This document shows positions 41,811 to 53,002 of a stretch of DNA of 64,000 nucleotides, piece after piece. Below the pieces are notes generated by a model. It saw only the letters and a list, made by a program, of their open reading frames with translations. It was not told the DNA's origin and ran no database searches. The number at the start of each line of letters is the position of its first letter. Within the stretch, counting starts at the first letter, position 1. Origin of the DNA: Camelus dromedarius (Eukaryota); NCBI RefSeq assembly GCF_036321535.1, contig NC_087436.1:101620001-101684000 (forward strand). The letters run 5' to 3'. A program made the translations under genes and the position numbers.

Positions 41811-42260
41811 CTAGAGCAGGGCTTGTCGATCCTTTTCTGGTCCCTCTTGATCTTGATCTTGAGCGGGTCTCCCAGGACACTCTCAATTTTCCAGGGACCC
41901 TCTGTCTGAGGTGAAGTCACTCTCTTAACCCTGGAGTGGTGGATCCAAGGGATGATTCCTGCAACTTTAACAGCTGTAGGGGTAGTTAATACCACTAAAT
42001 ATGGTCCCATACAGTGAATAACGGCATGTGTCACTGGATGGCCCCCTATTTGACAGGATCGTGGTTGGCAGAAATGGCGGGCAGTTGATTCCCCAGTAGC
42101 CCCTATAATAGTCACCTTTTTCTGGGTCAGGGGGGCTACAGGTTGGGTCACCACAGAATACTCTGCTCCTGTGTCTACCATAAAAGTCATTGGTTGGCCC
42201 CCCTATAAACATCTTGATCTTGGGCTCCCGGAGGCCCAGGGGCAGGGAGCGCCGTCTCTC
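41760..42260 (-). pseudogene. pol: Protease N-terminal part fused to integrase C-terminus (RT, RNase H and IN core deleted)
   Basis: FMVDTGAEYSVVT (aspartic protease DTGA) followed in the same frame by GPYLVVLTTPTAVKVAGIIPWIHHSRVK (IN GPY/F domain). Confidence 0.92.
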
Positions 42261-43103
42261 CTATTCTGAGTCGACCCCAGCCAGTCCGATGTGATTACTG
42301 GCTGGTGGCTCCAGCTGATAAGTAGGCCTTTTGGGGGTGCTCTCTTTCCATCCTTTCTGTTTGGGCACTCATTCTTCCAGTGTCCTGCCTCCCGGCAGTA
42401 TGCGCACTGCTCTCGGCCCAGGGGCATCCATGGTTGGGGGTCCCCTCTTCCGTGGTGGTGCAGGATTCTGGCTGAAGCTTGTTTTCCCCAGGGCTGCTGC
42501 AAGGAGTGCGGCTTTCTGCTTCATTCGCTGGTCTGCTTCTCATTGGGCTTCCCATTCTCGGTTTACAAAACCTTTGTTTGCTACTTCCAGCAGCTGTGTA
42601 GCATTCATCCCTGTGAATGCATCCAGTTTTTGGAGTTTCCAGCGTATATCTGGGTATGATTGGGCTACGAAGGCAGCGTTGACCATCTGCTGGTTTTCTT
42701 GGGCCTCAGGATCAAAAGGAGTGTAGACTCGGAATGAATCACATAGTCTCTCATAGAAGTCAGTGGGGGTTCCGTCTGGCCTCTGGGTCACCGTGGTCGT
42801 TTTAGACATGTTAGTTGGCTTCTTGGCTCCTGCTCTTAGCCCTTGTAGGATGGCCTCCTGGTACTCACACAGCGCTTCTCTTCCTTCTTGGGTGTTAAAG
42901 TCCCAATCTGGTCTGGTGTCTGGGGCATGTGTCATGGCCCATCCCTCAACATCCATTGTGTCCCCAGGGGCTCGGCCCTGCGGCCATTTTCGTGCTTCAA
43001 TGAGAATGCTTCTCCTCTCCTCCATATTGAAAAGAGTCAGAAGCAGACATCTTCCCAGGTGGGCCGGTGAGAATGGAAGATAGACTCTACGAGGTCAATC
43101 ATA

Positions 43104-43316
43104 GCCTGCGGCTTGGCAGCCTGATTACAGTCGTCATATACCACAAAGTAGAAATCATCCTGGGCTGGACACAGACCAAATATTTGCATGACTTTGCAAC
43201 AGAGCCCAAGGCTGTCCCGGCATCGCTTCGGGACTGGGCAGGGGCTGGAGTTCCCCAACAGCTGTCATGGAGGTGGTGGCCGAGGTGGAGGTGGTGCCAT
43301 GGCTGCGGGGAGGGGG

Positions 43317-43412
<96 letters not shown>
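43104..43412 (-). pseudogene. ATXN7: Captured ATXN7 N-terminal fragment inside gag CA
   Basis: (CAG)31 then Pro-rich; STSATTSMTAVGELQPLPSPEAMPGQPW; GLCCKVMQIFGLCPAQDDFYFVVYDDCNQAAKPQA. Recalled ataxin-7: STSAAAMATVGERRPLPSPEVMLGQSW...[36 protein letters not shown]. Confidence 0.9.
43319..43411 (-). repeat. Pure (CAG)31 / (CTG)31 tract
   Basis: Counted directly. Confidence 0.97.
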
Positions 43413-45222
43413 GCGGCTTTTCAGAGTAGGAAGGAGTATGATGGCACCAATTAAGAAGGGCTGTAGTGCTAAAGGATTGGTAGCAGAGTACGGGGTGCCC
43501 GGGCTGAACAGTCCCATTTTCCCCAACTTGTTGCAGCTCTTGTGTCTCCCGCAGTGGCATTTGGAGGGCCAGTGGTACTGGCTTCCCAGCTTGTGCTGAG
43601 CGGAATCTCCTTCCTACTGGCTCAGGCTGGGGGCTGGGCTCTGCCTCTGGGTCCTCAGGCTGGGGAGGTGTTGGTGCCCCGGGGGGCATACGGAGGGGGT
43701 AGGCATATCTGTCTTCTGCGTCTCCCTGGAAAATAGGCTTTTTTCTGTCTGTCTTTTTGGCCTGGACTGGCTGGGCTGCTAATATCTTGCATTGTCCAGG
43801 TCCATTTAAGCAGAACCGAATCCATGGGGGTAGAGTCTGGGCGATATTCAGCCAGGAGTCAATGTAAGGGAATTGACCTGGGTGATTCCAGTGATTATTT
43901 GATAGACTGCTCGCAATGTTGCTAGGTCCAGAGTTCCTCCTGAGGGCCACCCGACTCCAAAGGCCGGCCATTCAAGCTCACACAAAGTGCAGAGCCTGCC
44001 GGGGGTCATTCGAATTCCACAGTCTCCTGAGAACCCCTTTTTGAAATTCTTAATCATGCAGTCTAGAGTGGTGGGTTTCGACTTAGAGCCTCCCATTTTT
44101 TTAGATGTTTGGGAAGGTAGCCTTTATATCTTTTCTTTCTTCATTCCTCAAAACACCAGAGTTCCCAGAGAGACTGCTCTCTTGCTGGGTCTATGAGTTG
44201 TTTGAAGGCTAATTTGGTCAGGGAGTCTGGGTTCCAGTCACAGCTGATGTCTCTGGAGTTCAAGGCCTCAAGCAGTTCCAGGGACTTTCTTCATTAAATC
44301 CTCTCTATATCCTGAACTAACGTATAAGGGGTGTGGGACTGACAGCGGATGGTAAAACAAATGGACTAGAAAAGGGACCTCCAAGGCCAGGTAAGCCCGG
44401 TCCTGAAGGAATTCATCTTCTAAACTCAAGTCCTGGGGGTCTGGGGCTAGGCAAAAGGGGCACTACTTGGGTCTGTTCTGTAGGGGAACACTAAGTCTCG
44501 GGTGTTCTGTGACAGAATCAGGTAGGAGGCTTTTCAAAGAAATAGCATCCTAGCCTCCGAGGACACAGGGGCGTTGACTCATTGGCTGTCTATGTCCTTC
44601 TCCCTCACAGTGTAGCCACCCTGTGCCGGTGTCACAGACAAGACAAGGGAGGGTTTTCATTGCGTCCGCCTGGCCGCTCCCCTCGCGGGGACGAAGGTTC
44701 CTCTTAGCTTTGGCGGGTCAGTATAAGCCGCTGACTCCGATCGGGACCCTGAGGGACCGATACCGCCCTGAGCCATATGAGGTCACCACAGAACCGCAGG
44801 TTGGGACTCACTCAAACTCTGTAGCAGAATGCCGTGGAGCTACAAACTCGAGCCTGATCGCATGCTTCACAGGCAGCTCATTCACTCACACACACACACA
44901 CACAGAGGTTAACAACATTCCTCCCACCAATACCAATATCCTGTTTCCTGTAGGAGGGGATCCGCCTCCTCTTCTGTCCACTGGGACAGGACCTGATACC
45001 TCCCGGGGGTTCCTACCTTGTCCGGATGGCCACCTGGTGAGTCTGTCTGTCCCTCCATGGAGTCTGGATCTGGTTGTAGCCCAGCCACCCGGGGGCCGAG
45101 TTGCCATCACGAAAGAGAACCCGGAATACCGTCGGGCGGCGCCACCTCGTTCGCTGCTGGAATCCCGTCCCCCGGTCGGCTGGTGCCACCAGTCCAGCGG
45201 CTTAAGGGGCCGGCGTGGTTGT

Positions 45223-45240
45223 ATCTCACTGGGGCCTCCA
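45223..45240 (-). other. Primer binding site, tRNA-Thr-like
   Basis: TGGAGGCCCCAGTGAGAT, 4 nt after the 5' LTR; 17/18 to the complement of the recalled tRNA-Thr(UGU) 3' end (CpG decay). Confidence 0.8.
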
Positions 45241-45244
45241 GAAA

Positions 45245-45675
45245 TGTTATGGAAATGACAGGCCAGTCAAGAAACAAGCACCATTCGGAGGGTTGGAGTA
45301 CTCAGATGTATTACGCCGGCGGGCTCAGAGGGGCTTCTGCTCTGAAGCTCTGAGCACCTTCAAGATGTGCACATGAGGTTTTATAGGGTAAAGTACAAGC
45401 TTGGGGTATTTGGCCAATAGGCATGGAACAGCTTTAGCAGCATTATCATCACAAAAGTGGAGGCGGGGAGGCAGCAAACCAACATTCAAAATCCAGCTGG
45501 CTAGCAAAAACACATAAACAGCAAACCAACACTAATTAACCTAGATTTACAATTTAGTCCAGCAGAACTCAGATCAGTATTCCAATACTTAGACTTGTTA
45601 GCCCAGCCCAGCCTCTCCTTCACATTCCCAGACCTGTGAGTTATCTTGTTAGACCAGCCTGGTTTTTCCTTCACA
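45245..45675 (-). repeat. 5' LTR (431 bp) with TATA box (cctataaaa)
   Basis: Direct repeat of 40511-40963; adjacent to PBS. Confidence 0.97.
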
Positions 45676-46406
45676 GTATGGCAAAAGGACCTTTCCAGAT
45701 GTGATTAAATTAAGGATATTGACGTGAGGAGATTATCCTGGATTAGCCACACTGGCCCTAAATGTAACCACAAAGGTCTTCAGAAGAGGGAGGCAGGGGG
45801 TATTTTGACACAGAGGAAGAAAGCACTGTGACACCTGAAATAAGACGCTTTGCTGTGGGCTTTATTGATGTAGTTAAAGGGCTACAAGCCATGAAATGTG
45901 AGGAATGTGGCTCTAGTAACTTGAGAAGGCTAGGGAAGGGATACTGCCCTCGAGCCTCCTGTTAACTCCTGGATTTTAGCCCAGTGAACTGATTTGGGGC
46001 TTTTGACTTGCAGGCTTTAAGAGAATACATTTTTTGTTGTTGTTGTTGTTTGCTTTTTTTAAAAAACAACCACATTGGTGGTAACTTGTTACATAAGCTG
46101 CAGGAAACGAAGACGGGTGGGAAGCGGTTGAGGAGTTTGAGGAGGGATGTGGTTATGTTTGAAATTAAAAATCAGCATGTGTCTAAGACGAGGCAGAATT
46201 TTATGAGAATGGAAAGAAGACGGTGATGTGGGAGAGGAGAAATACCTGGAGAGACGTTCTTGATGAGCCAGGAGGGGTTGCGATCCTGGGCCCAAGGAGA
46301 AGAGTCGTCCACAGACAGAGGTACTGGCAGTTCAGGCATTTTTATTGAAAGGAAGGCAGGGTATTTGGCTATGCATGCAGGGGTTTCTGAAAATAAATAG
46401 ACAGCA

Positions 46407-46530
46407 GGGAGGGTATAGCTTAGTGGTAGAGTGTACGCTTAGCATGCATGAGGTCCTGGGTTCAACCCTAAATACCTCCATTAATAATTAAATGAACAAA
46501 TAAACCTAATTACATGCCTCCCCCCCAAAA
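46407..46530 (+). mobile_element. tRNA-derived SINE (camelid Vic-1-like)
   Basis: gggagggtatagcttagtggtagag (A box)...ctgggttcaaccc (B box)...aaataaacctaattac...cccccc tail. Confidence 0.85.
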
Positions 46531-46822
46531 AACCCCTCAAGGTTAAAATTTGGAAATAAACAAACAAAAAATTGCATTGTTTATGCTATTTTAAAAAATT
46601 CAACAAATCTATTACTATGAATAAATCACCAATATCAACATTAAAAAGGTACCAATATTTTATTAAACCTTGAAGGTTATCTGAATATTTTTCCCTTTTA
46701 TTTTTTCACCGAACAGAAATCCAACAGTCTAAACCACCTAAGTGTAGGCTCATACTAAAAATGGTAATGTCACCTTCTTTCTCCCGATATAAGTTAGAAA
46801 TAAAAATTATTAGCCAGAAAGA

Positions 46823-47265
46823 TTGTGAACGAAATACTGCAAACCACATCAGTAAACAAAGAATGCTGAAGCCATCAAGTCAACAGTGGCAGCCACTTCA
46901 CCCCCCAGGGAAGACAAGCCTGCAGCCCAGCCTCTGCAGCCACTCACAATGGTGCCCTCTGAGGGGACTCAGAATAAGAAAGGACAGGATACTGGCCCTA
47001 GATAGCTAGGTGCTTGTCAAAGGAATGAATTCAATGAGCCCAAATGTTTGCTCCCTCCCATCCATAGAAAAGCGCTAAATTCTTTAACTTGAGATGCCTG
47101 GTTTTCTTTAGTCAACAAGTAATCTTTTAATGTTTCAATTACCTGGTCTTTGCTGTAAAGCTCCTATATATCCTAACTCCTCCTGAGAGGCTGTCATCCT
47201 GGGCTCGAAGGGGTTTGAGTCCGCCAAATAAAACATGACTCTTAACTTTTAGGCTGTACTTTTAG
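46823..47265 (+). mobile_element. Probable solo ERV LTR
   Basis: Starts TG; 'ctcctatatatcc' TATA-like and 'aataaa' in LTR order. Confidence 0.5.
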
Positions 47266-47979
47266 TATAATTAATATGAGGAAATTTCAATTTTGCTTGA
47301 CGTTAAAAAGGGAGGTATATAAAAGTATACATCCAAATAAAAACAAAATTTACAGTCCTTTTTAGCCAAAATTTAAAAGAAATGATACACTTTATCATGA
47401 GACGCTCTATAGTCTAGTGTTCTAAACATAAAATCCTGAAGTCAAATTGACTAAGCTTGTTCCCAACTCCTCCACTATCAGAGTTATGGACTGGGCAAAT
47501 TCTTGAACCTGAACAGTTTTCTCACTTTAAAAATGTGCACAATAAAAGTACCTGAGTCATAAAATGAAAGAGAAATTTAGCAAAATGTCTGGAAATAGTG
47601 GAGAAACCATAAATGTTAGCCATGGTTACATCGTTACTATTATCTAATCAATATTTATTTTCCAGGTATCCAGATATGAGGTTTTGCTGGTGATATGTGA
47701 GGGTGATAATTCCTTAAGACATTGCTCTTGTTTCCCTGCCGTACACAGGACTCTCGTTGCTAAAAATGAAAGATGCATACAAATCATTGCCTAACTAATG
47801 TCAATAACAAACACCAAGTAAAAAAAAAAAATCATTGAGAATTTTAAACTTGACTTGAAGGATGGTAATGACTCAGACACATAGAAAAGGAAAAAAGTAT
47901 AAGACAGAGAGAGGATACTGAACAGTAGACATAGAACACACCATTTTCTGGGAGTAGAATATACTAATTGGAATATTAC

Positions 47980-48565
47980 TGTTGCCGAAAGATCGGACCC
48001 CATCCCTGACGAGCCAGATAACTCAGAGACGAGGTCTTGGAAGCTTAGAAGAAAAGAGGCAATTTTTTAATTGCTTTGCCGGGCAAAGGGGACCCACAGC
48101 AGGCTAGTGCCTTCAAAACTGTGAACCCATCTTGGAGATGGAGTGGGGTGGTTATACAGCCATAGCTCGAACAATGAAGCATCGATAATCAACAGAATCA
48201 TTTTCTCATCAGAAGACAGAATGGCATCATGATGCCTCCAGGAGGCCAGTTCTATAGAGGCCAGCAGTTAGATCTTTTTATCTCGTATGTACTCATGGTG
48301 TGGTCTTCTTGGCAATTCAGGCTATTTTGTAAGGTTATAGTCCTGTGACCATCTCCTTAGAGAAGGACTCAGAGACCAAGCATGATTATTACTTTCAATT
48401 ACTGGAATAAAGTAGAAACAGCAAGACCAATAGCTTTAGTTTCAACAACGGGCCTGGAACTGTGAGTAGCAACTGGTCAGTCAGGTCAGTTGACTGTTTC
48501 AAGGGCAAGCATAAGAATAAGCAATCTGTTAGCCTAAGTGCAGCCATTTTATTAATCCTCCTTCA
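47980..48565. mobile_element. Solo ERV1-type LTR
   Basis: TG...CA ends with perfect 4-bp TSD ttac (47976-47979, 48566-48569). Confidence 0.75.
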
Positions 48566-49019
48566 TTACGATTTCTTTTCCAAATGTGTCATATTGATTT
48601 TGGAGTTACGATATTCCAGCAACCTGGACTTGAGATATCATGTGCAAATAATTTGAAAGAACACCAGATGGGGTTAAGAAAACATTCCCCCATTAGCCAT
48701 CCCTGTGACCGAAAAAGTACCTCCATGTTGTAACCTCAAGTTATGCTGAGAAGCTGAAAGAAGAAAAGAACAAAATAATTAACCTAGTTTGCTTCAGTTT
48801 TATGATCTATAAAAAAGGGTAATTTAAACAGCCCAATTTCTGATCAAAATTTCTATCATCTGTGAATAATAACATTTTTCCTTTCTTTTTCCATCTTGCT
48901 AACAATATGATATTATCTCAAAAGTAAATCTTAGATACATCTTTCTTAGATATAGATAAAAAGAGAGCTCTGCATCTATATCTAAACATATTTGTACATA
49001 ATTATAGTTAAATATATTT

Positions 49020-50580
49020 ACACACATGCATTTAAACCTCAATAATTGTTTTTATAGAAATTTCTAAGCTGATTGTAAAATTGTAGGGAAATGAGGAAAT
49101 AATCTAGAATTGCCAAAATTATCTAGAAAATAAAGACAATAGTTGGAATACTCACACTAGCTGATTTCACAATTTACTATACAATTACAGTGTTCAAGGT
49201 AACATGTCATTGGCATAATTACAGATGAATAGTTCAGTGGAAGAGAATAGAGTATCCAGAAATAGATCCAGCCTGTATGTTAGGGCTAAGGAAAAGGAAT
49301 GAAATAAAGAAAGGTTTTTTTTCTTTTTTCACAAGTTATACTGAAACAAGTACATAATTACCTAGAATATAAAAAGCCTCAACCCCTATCTCATAACATA
49401 CATCAAAATCAATTTGAGGTATTTCACAGGCCTAAAGATAAAAACAAATCTATAACATATCTAGAAATAAAAGAATATGAGGAGAATATTTTCTCAGTCT
49501 CATAATGGGAAAAAATTTCTTACAGAGGATGCAAAAAGAACTAATCATAAGAGAAAAAATTAAATTATATATCACCCAAGTGGAAAATGTCTACTTATCT
49601 GAAGAGATCATAAGAAAATGAAAAGACAGCTACATATGGAAGAAAATATTTGTAATACATACATCTGAAATGGTTTCTATTGAGAAAATATAAATAAATT
49701 TTACAGTTGAAAACTAAAAAGACAAGGAATTTAGTTTTTTTGTTTGTTTGTTTAAATGAGCAAAAGACTTGCACATAAAGATTATCAGGGGAGATTTACA
49801 AACATCAAGTAAGTAAATAAATGGTGGTCAATATGTTTAATCATCAGAGAAATAAAAATTAAAACTATAACGGATACCATAGTATATCCATTGGAATAAT
49901 TACAATTTTAAAAATAGAAGACAATTCTAAAGAGTGAAAAAATCAAGTATTGAAAAAGATGTGGAACAAAATGTATTCTCATATAATTCTGGAAGGAATG
50001 TAAATCTAGACAACACTCTGGAAAACTCTTAGGCATTTTCTTATTAAGTTAAATATACACTTATTTTAAGACTCAGAATTTCTACTCGTAGGTATTTACT
50101 GAACAGAAGTCATAATATCTATCCAGAAAAGACTACCTATGTATGTTCATAACATTTCTACTTATTGTTGCCAAAATCCAGAAATAATCCCACTGCCTAT
50201 CTTTAGGACAAGTGACAAACTGTAGTATATTCATATAGTGGAATAGTAATTAACAATAAAAAGTACATTTCTAATTTCTACAGTGCAATGAAGATACAAA
50301 TATTCTCAAAAACATTCTGCTAATTAAGGAATCCAAGGACAAAAATAGTACATGCAGTATAATTTCTTTCATATAAACTCAAAATAAGCAAAACTAACCT
50401 CTGGTGCTGGAAATTAGAAAAGTGATTAACTTTTGTGAGCCAAGTGTGAATGAATTGTTTGTATGGATGGAAACGTACCCTGTCCTGACTGGGATGTTGG
50501 TTAAACAGGTGTAAACATTTGTCAAAAATTTTTAATTGTATCTATATCATTCATTCTATGTAAATTTTATCTCATAAACA
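49020..50580 (+). mobile_element. Ancient L1M ORF2 end and 3' UTR
   Basis: Degenerate 'agaatagagtatccagaaatagatcca', 'ggaagaaaatatttgtaa', 'ggtatttac'. Confidence 0.75.
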
Positions 50581-51363
50581 AATCTGTTAAAAATAACTTG
50601 CTATGTTGAAAAGCAAATATCACCCAATAATTCTTCAGTGTTTTCATTGTTTACTAACTTGATTGCTAAATTTTTGCAAATCTATTGGCTTCTCTTGACC
50701 AGAGATAGTCATATTTTCATTTAAATCTATACAGTAGGTCTGAGCATGTTTTGAGTTTTTACTATGAATGCAAATAACTCTAAACTTATAGCAAAAATAA
50801 CAAATCTTTTTCTAATTGCAATCAACTAGTTTCATCTGAGCACAGATTTCAAAGATTTATCATAAAGTCACATAATTCTAAAGAAACTATACTTTAAAAC
50901 AGTAGTAATTTTATACTAAAAAATTAACTGTTCAGAAAACTGTTCCAGACTTCAGTAAGATTATCTACAGTATACAAGAAAGTTTAAGTAAAAGAACTAT
51001 TTTTATCACATACAATGCTTTTGTAACATCTGAATGTCCCCGTCTATATAGTCATATTTGGCTTAATTTCTGACCATTTCTGTAATGCAATCACCTTCAC
51101 TCATTTTCTCTAATGAGTTAACACTGTAGTTATAAAATTATAAGCTAACTGTTGAAAAATGTTGAGGAATGAGGAAGTCATCTAAAGCTGCCAAAATTAA
51201 TTAGAAAATAAAGACAATAGTTGGATTTCACCCACTAGCTGATTTTACTGGCTGATTTGAGTATGCACACGTAAATAATTATGTTTCAACTCTTGATTGT
51301 GAACATTTATATAAGTACAAATATAAACAGCTACGTGGCATACATACTCTTATGTGTATGTGT

Positions 51364-51409
<46 letters not shown>

Positions 51410-52109
51410 GTGTGTAAATATATGCACATCTCACACCATACATATGTATCTTTACTTATACATGTTAATATGTCTGTATGTACTTTAACCTTTCAAGGTT
51501 GATATTGGCTGCAGAGGCCAGATATGGAAAGAGTATTACTTTTTAATATTTTCAAAGAAACATCAAATCTCCTTGGAGCAAATTTTGAGTCTTTTTGACA
51601 GAAATCAACTGATTTCTTTATTATGGAAATGTAACCGATTGACAGTTCTTAGTTATGGAAATGTAAATTTACTAAGCACCTGCTCTCCAGCATCACCTTT
51701 TTTATTTGGAGAAAGGCCAATCCTCCTGGAGAAACTTCCATTTGCAGAAGACAGCAGAGGAGATTCATATAATATACTTAGATTTATAAGGCCAGCGGTC
51801 AACTGTGATGATGTAGCAGTGATGGCACTAATGCGCTGCTCACGTTCCTTTTTCCTCTATCTTTTGTTAGGGAGCTTCGGTGCCCTCTGATGAAGTCCAG
51901 CCCAGGCATTGTCCTGAACTCTCAACTCAGATATCCAACTATCTAAGGCATGTCTAATAATCCTCTCAGTCATTACATCCCCAATATAATTCCTGATCTT
52001 TCTTCTACACATGTTTCTCTCGCTGCCTGTCTTAACTCAGTTGTTGCCAACGTCATCCCCCCAGTTGTGTAGGTTTTGAGCTTCCATCAAATTGCAAGGA
52101 GTCAATTTT

Positions 52110-52635
52110 GTTGGGGTCTTTTTTTGGGGGGGCGGTTCTTGTTTTATTGAAGTGTAGTCAGTTCACAATGTGTCAATTTCTGGTGTACAGCATAATGTTT
52201 CAGTCATATATATACAAACATATATTTGTTTTCATATTCTTTTTCATTATGGGTTACAGCAAGATATTGAATATTGTTCCCTGTGCTATACCATAGAAAC
52301 TTGTTGTTTATCTATTTTATAGATACTAGATAATATTTGCAAATCTCGAACTGCCAGTTTATTCCTCCCCATTCTCTTTCCACCTGGTAAGCATAAGATT
52401 GTTTACTATGTATGTTTCTGTTTTGTAAACAAATTTGTTATTTTTTCTTTAGATTCCACATGTAAGTAATATCATATGGTTTTTTCCTTTCCTTTCTGGC
52501 TTACTTCACTTAGAATGATCTCCAGGTCCATTCATGTTGCTGAAAATGGCATTATCTTATTCTTTTTATGGCTTAGCAGTATTCCATTCCATTCCGTATA
52601 CACACATACATACCACAGCTTCTTTATCCAGTAAC
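52110..52635 (-). mobile_element. 5'-truncated L1 3' end
   Basis: Antisense L1 3' UTR; 15-bp TSD caaggagtcaatttt (52095-52109, 52636-52650). Confidence 0.92.
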
Positions 52636-52729
52636 CAAGGAGTCAATTTTTGAATCTTGTTATTTCAATCTCAACATTTAATCTATCAGAAAATCTCGAT
52701 GATTTTCTTAAAAACATATTTAGTATCAT

Positions 52730-53002
52730 GCTCTGAACTGACTCCAGAAGGGATGTGTTATTTCTTCCTTACAGCCATTTGCAGGTGGGTCTGGTCAAGA
52801 TGTTTCCGGTGAGCTAAACATAGGTATTTTAGCTTAATGCTCAGGCACGGGAGACAGGGTTCCCAGAGATGGCCCATTATGTATACTTTAAGCTATAGGC
52901 AACATCCCTTGAATGATTAACTTGTAGCAAAGGCAATAAAACACAAAAGTTAGAGAAACAGATCTAATATGGAGTCAGGTTTGTTTGTTCTTCCCTATTA
53001 CA
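52730..53002. mobile_element. ERV1-type LTR fragment
   Basis: 'gtgggtctggtcaagatgtttc...gagctaaac', ends 'ttcttccctattaca'. Confidence 0.45.

Larger units (their letters stand above)
42261..44096 (-). pseudogene. gag: gag (MA-p12-CA-NC), frameshifted and interrupted by host insert
   Basis: MGGSKSKPTTLDCMIKNF...LCELEWPAFGVGWPSGGT (MA); QRPDGTPTDFYERLCDSFRVYTPFDP (MHR); CAYCREAGHWKNEC (CCHC); amber stop at 42261-42263. Confidence 0.95.
40511..45675 (-). mobile_element. Class I (gammaretrovirus-like) endogenous provirus, 5.2 kb, internally deleted, non-autonomous
   Basis: Two TG..CA LTRs, PBS, PPT, gag, pro, IN tail and TM remnants; 4-bp TSD atat/gtat with 1 mismatch. Confidence 0.97.
40435..46110 (+). 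mobile_element. MLT1-type LTR split by the ERV (40435-40510 and 45676-46110)
   Basis: 'cctaatccctggaacccatgaatgttgctttatat' | 'ggcaaaaggacctttccagatgtgattaaattaagg' rejoin into a contiguous MLT1 sequence. Confidence 0.8.

Noticed and set aside
43108..43419. ATXN7 insert as an ordinary L1-mediated processed pseudogene
   Set aside because: No poly-A, an internal 5'-region fragment, a short GC-rich duplication and junction microhomology make this less likely, though not excluded.
43067..43599. Poly-Leu, poly-Cys and poly-Ala ORFs on +
   Set aside because: Stop-free frames of the CTG tract, antisense to gag; no independent coding evidence.
44623..45258. 211-aa ORF on +
   Set aside because: Antisense to the GC-rich ERV leader, non-ATG start, no recognisable motif.
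46407..46480. tRNA gene candidate
   Set aside because: Has a SINE body and tail and a second degenerate copy at ~14.6 kb; it is a SINE, not a tRNA.
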